Under the pieces are notes generated by a model. It made no database searches and was not told where the DNA came from. It saw only the letters and a program-made list of their open reading frames with translations. A stretch of 63,748 nucleotides of DNA, counting the filler, from Reclinomonas americana ATCC 50394 (Eukaryota), in NCBI GenBank assembly GCA_048213135.1. It is 6 parts of 2 records of this genome, joined end to end, with 100 filler letters (N's around TTAATTAATTAA, not from the genome) between each part and the next. Parts side by side here need not be neighbours in the genome. Positions count along the whole stretch, not along the records: positions 60,562 to 63,748 come from PS015369.1; 5 more parts are not named here. One strand, given 5' to 3'. Shown one piece after another: positions 60,645 through 63,748 of the stretch (its first letter is position 1; every line of letters starts with the position of its first letter). The position numbers were made by a program, and so were the translations under genes.

Positions 60645-63564
60645 GACCATGCTGCCGGAGGAGACGCTGTGGAACTATCTGATTCAGATCTGTCAGGGCC
60701 TGAAATATCTGCACGACAAGCGCATTCTGCATCGCGACATCAAGCCCAAGAACATTTTCTTGGACGAGAAGGACGAGGTCAAGATTGGCGACATGGGACT
60801 CGGTCGTGTGTTGGGACCACAGGTGAGGTGTCGACGGCGATTGCGAACGCATGCAATCTCTCACGGTAGCCCTCTCGCAGAGCGTGTATGCTTACACTGG
60901 CGTCGGCACACCACTGTACTTCTCACCCGAGCTCTGCAACGAGGAGCCCTACAACCAGAAATCAGACATTTGGTCGTTTGGCTGTCTGCTGTACGAGCTG
61001 GCGGCGCTTGAGCCGCCATTCATCGCCTCCAACCAGATTGCGCTGGCCAAGTTACGTCTCTTGGGGTTTCCTCTTGTTGCTGTCTCTCTTTGTTGTATCT
61101 CACATCGCTGTGGTATTCCAGGAAAATCGTCTCCGAACAGCCGGCCCCGTTGCCGCGAGCCTACTCGATGGAGCTGCAGTTCCTCATCTTCAAGATGCTG
61201 GAAAAGGACGCCGCCAAGAGACCCGACATTGAGCAGATCCTCAACTACTCTGCAGTCAAGATCCGCGTTGCGTACGCGCACACTGCGTCTCGGTCTCCGT
61301 GTTGATGTGCTCGCCTCACAAAGCTGCTGGTGTCGTCAGATTGAGCGCGCCAAGCTGCGCATCCGTGAGCGAAAGTTGCACGAGCGGTATCAGGCGCTCG
61401 AGGAACGGTTGCGTGTCGAGTGCGACAACAAGGTGGCGACACTGCAGGCGCTGGAGAGGGAGAGCCGAGCGCGAGCGGACAAGTTGGAGGCGGAAATGGT
61501 GAGTCTGTCAAGCGAAACGGCTGGGCTTCCCCTTTGTTGTGGCTCTGTCTACGAAGCATGAGCAATGTGGACCCTCCTCTCTGCTGTTGAACCCCCACCT
61601 CCACAGTTTGTTCTCTTGAAGCAACATTTTCTCTTGCACACTGCTTCATTCTCATTGTTCTCCTTCTGCTCTCCTCCTTCTCCTCCTTCTCCTCCTTCTC
61701 CTCCATCTCCTCCATCTCCTCCTACTCCTCCTTCTCCTCCTTCTCCTCCTTCTCCTCCTTCTCCTCCTTCTCCTCCTTCTCCTCCTTCTCACCTCCCTCC
61801 CCTATCACAGGGCAAGATTGCACGCGAGCGCGACCACGCCGAGGCCCGGTACCGCGAATTGGAGGCCTCGTGTGCCGACTATGCGCGCGAAGTCGAGACA
61901 TTCCGTGCCGACTCGCAGCGTCAGTTGTCGAGATTGACCTCGAAAATGGAACGCAAGGAGGACGAATTGGTGTGTTGTCGCGCGCACCTACTCAGTTGCT
62001 TTTCCCTCCGCTTCTCATCAATTTGTGGGCGTTGCAGAAAGAGACGCAGGCACAAGTGGCGCATCTGCAGGCGGCTCTCAGTGCGCGCATGACGCAGTCA
62101 GACACCCGCCAGCTCGACTATGCGAAGCGAGAAGCTGGTTTGGCGAGAGATGTTGCACTCTATTTGTGATTGTCGAGTCTGACGAAAACCCCCCTCGGCA
62201 GAGTTGGCGCGACGTGATCTCGAGTTGGCACAGCGGGCGGCGGAGTTGCTGGCGATGGAATGCCGCCTGCAGGAACAGCAGGATGCAGTGCGCCGTGATC
62301 GCGAAGGTCAGCGTCTGCTGCGTGTACGGTTTCTCTGCACTGGTCCTCAATTCTCTCTCTCTCTGTAGATTTGCAACGGCAGGCCGCTTCGCAGGCGTTG
62401 CAGTCGAGACTATCACCAGCCGCCTCCAGTGGGATGCATCAGCCGTCGCCCGACCGCGACCTGTATGCGCCAAGCGTCGGTACTGGTGGTGGCGGCGGTG
62501 GTCGTTCACGCCAGTCGCCACCATCGGCAGTGGTGGCCGCGGATCTGACGCCATCACGAGGCACAGCCGGTCAGTCGCCGTGCCGTGATCTCTGCCCAGG
62601 AAAACTGANNNNNNNNNNNNNNNNNNNNNNNNNNNNNNNNNNNNNNNNNNNNNNNNNNNNNNNNNNNNNNNNNNNNNNNNNNNNNNNNNNNNNNNNNNNN
62701 NNNNNNNATCCCTTTCTCCCTCACGCACTCCCCTCCTTCCCTCCTGTCCCTCCCATGCAGCTCCTACCAATCCCGCTCATCACCGCCGCCCTCACCACCC
62801 CCGGAACGCATCCTGCCCGGTGCATCGGCCACATGGGGTGTGTCACCGACCAAGATCACACAAGGCGACTCACCACCACAAGCCGGCACCTACTCCTCAC
62901 CCCCGCAACTGTCGTCGACTGTGTCGTCGCCCGTGCACAACCTGGTGCCGGGCTCGCCACCTCGTGTGAATCGCGCACGCCGTCATCACGAGGACGAGCC
63001 GCTCCCCGTCCGTCCACCAACACCGAGCCAGCTGCTGGCTGCGGTGACGCACGAGCTCGATGCGGCCGCGCTGGCCGAGGCGGAAGAGGTTGTGCGAGCG
63101 CAAGTGGAAGGTGTGCATGGTTGCGGATTGTTCCTTGTCTTTTTGTTGTTTATTCAGTCCTCCACGCATTGCGCGATAGCAGGCGCCGCAGTGCGCACCG
63201 CCGCTTCGTCGAGTGGTGGCGGGGCCGGCAGTGGCAGCGGCAGCGGCGGTCATCCCAGTCCGGTGGCCAAGAAGAAGCTGCAGCGCTCAATCTCGTCGCC
63301 CATCCCGTCATCTCCTGGATCCGAGACCGGCAGCCGGTCCCGCAACTCGCCCGTGGCCGCCAGCAAGTCGTCGGTGAGTACTTCAGACAGCTTGCTTTTG
63401 TTTGTACCTTCCAAGTCACTAATGTTGAGTGCATCTGGCAGACTCCGACGCGCAAGTCGCCACCGGCGGCCATCTCTCGCCAGTCACCCATTCCCATGTC
63501 GTCCCCACCCACGGGTGCCGGCGTTGGATCACCGCAAGACCATCGACAGTTGCCGTCGTCCACT
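60645..63564 (+). CDS. NEK: NIMA-related Ser/Thr kinase (NEK family) with coiled-coil and Ser/Pro-rich tail; N-lobe and C-terminus missing
   Basis: Exons 60645-60822, 60881-61050, 61122-61266, 61340-61498, 61811 onward splice to [95 protein letters not shown], then coiled-coil. The last visible exon ends at a GTTGCGT donor at 63565. Confidence 0.92.
61672..61789. repeat. Intronic 9-bp tandem repeat (TCTCCTCCT)n
   Basis: Tandem TCTCCTCCT units in the NEK intron 61499-61810. Confidence 0.9.
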
Positions 63565-63651
63565 GTTGCGTCCTGTATTCGCAAGTACATCTTCTCTTTC
63601 TTCTCTCTATCTCTCTCTCTGTCTGTCTGTGTTTCTCTCTCTCTCTCTCTG

Positions 63652-63748
<97 letters not shown>

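Noticed and set aside
61672..61789. Extensin-like (SPP)n ORF inside the NEK locus
   Set aside because: Lies between donor 61499 (GTGAGT) and acceptor 61810, and the flanking exons join in frame without it.

Overview
Draft-assembly window from an intron-rich, microsatellite-rich eukaryote, probably a unicellular protist (taxon not determinable from the sequence). It has N-gaps and five artificial TTAATTAATTAA contig linkers. Manual splicing gives five genes: (1) a TMC (transmembrane channel-like) gene, 5'-truncated (411-3458, +); (2) an unknown partly coiled-coil protein (4308-9876, +); (3) a long coiled-coil protein convergent with it (9947-17580, -, 5'-truncated); (4) a giant ~39.5 kb gene on the - strand (18106-57640, both ends missing); (5) a NIMA-related (NEK) kinase (60645-63564, +, both ends missing). 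Gene 4 encodes roughly 8,000 aa or more: a PA14-like domain, an EGF module, one FN3, a bacterial-type DUF4114/LruC-like domain, three copies of an unnamed Cys-containing ~120-aa domain, then about 72 atypical FN3 domains. The two strongest observations are (a) the FN3 array is a titin-like 14-domain super-repeat repeated five times, with position-specific cysteines and introns, and (b) about 40 introns, in four of the five genes, use a register-shifted 5' splice site (GTTGCGT/GTTTCGT/GTTACGT) that almost never has exonic -1G, alongside ordinary GTGCGT/GTGAGT donors. All gene models and domain calls were made by eye, without database searches.
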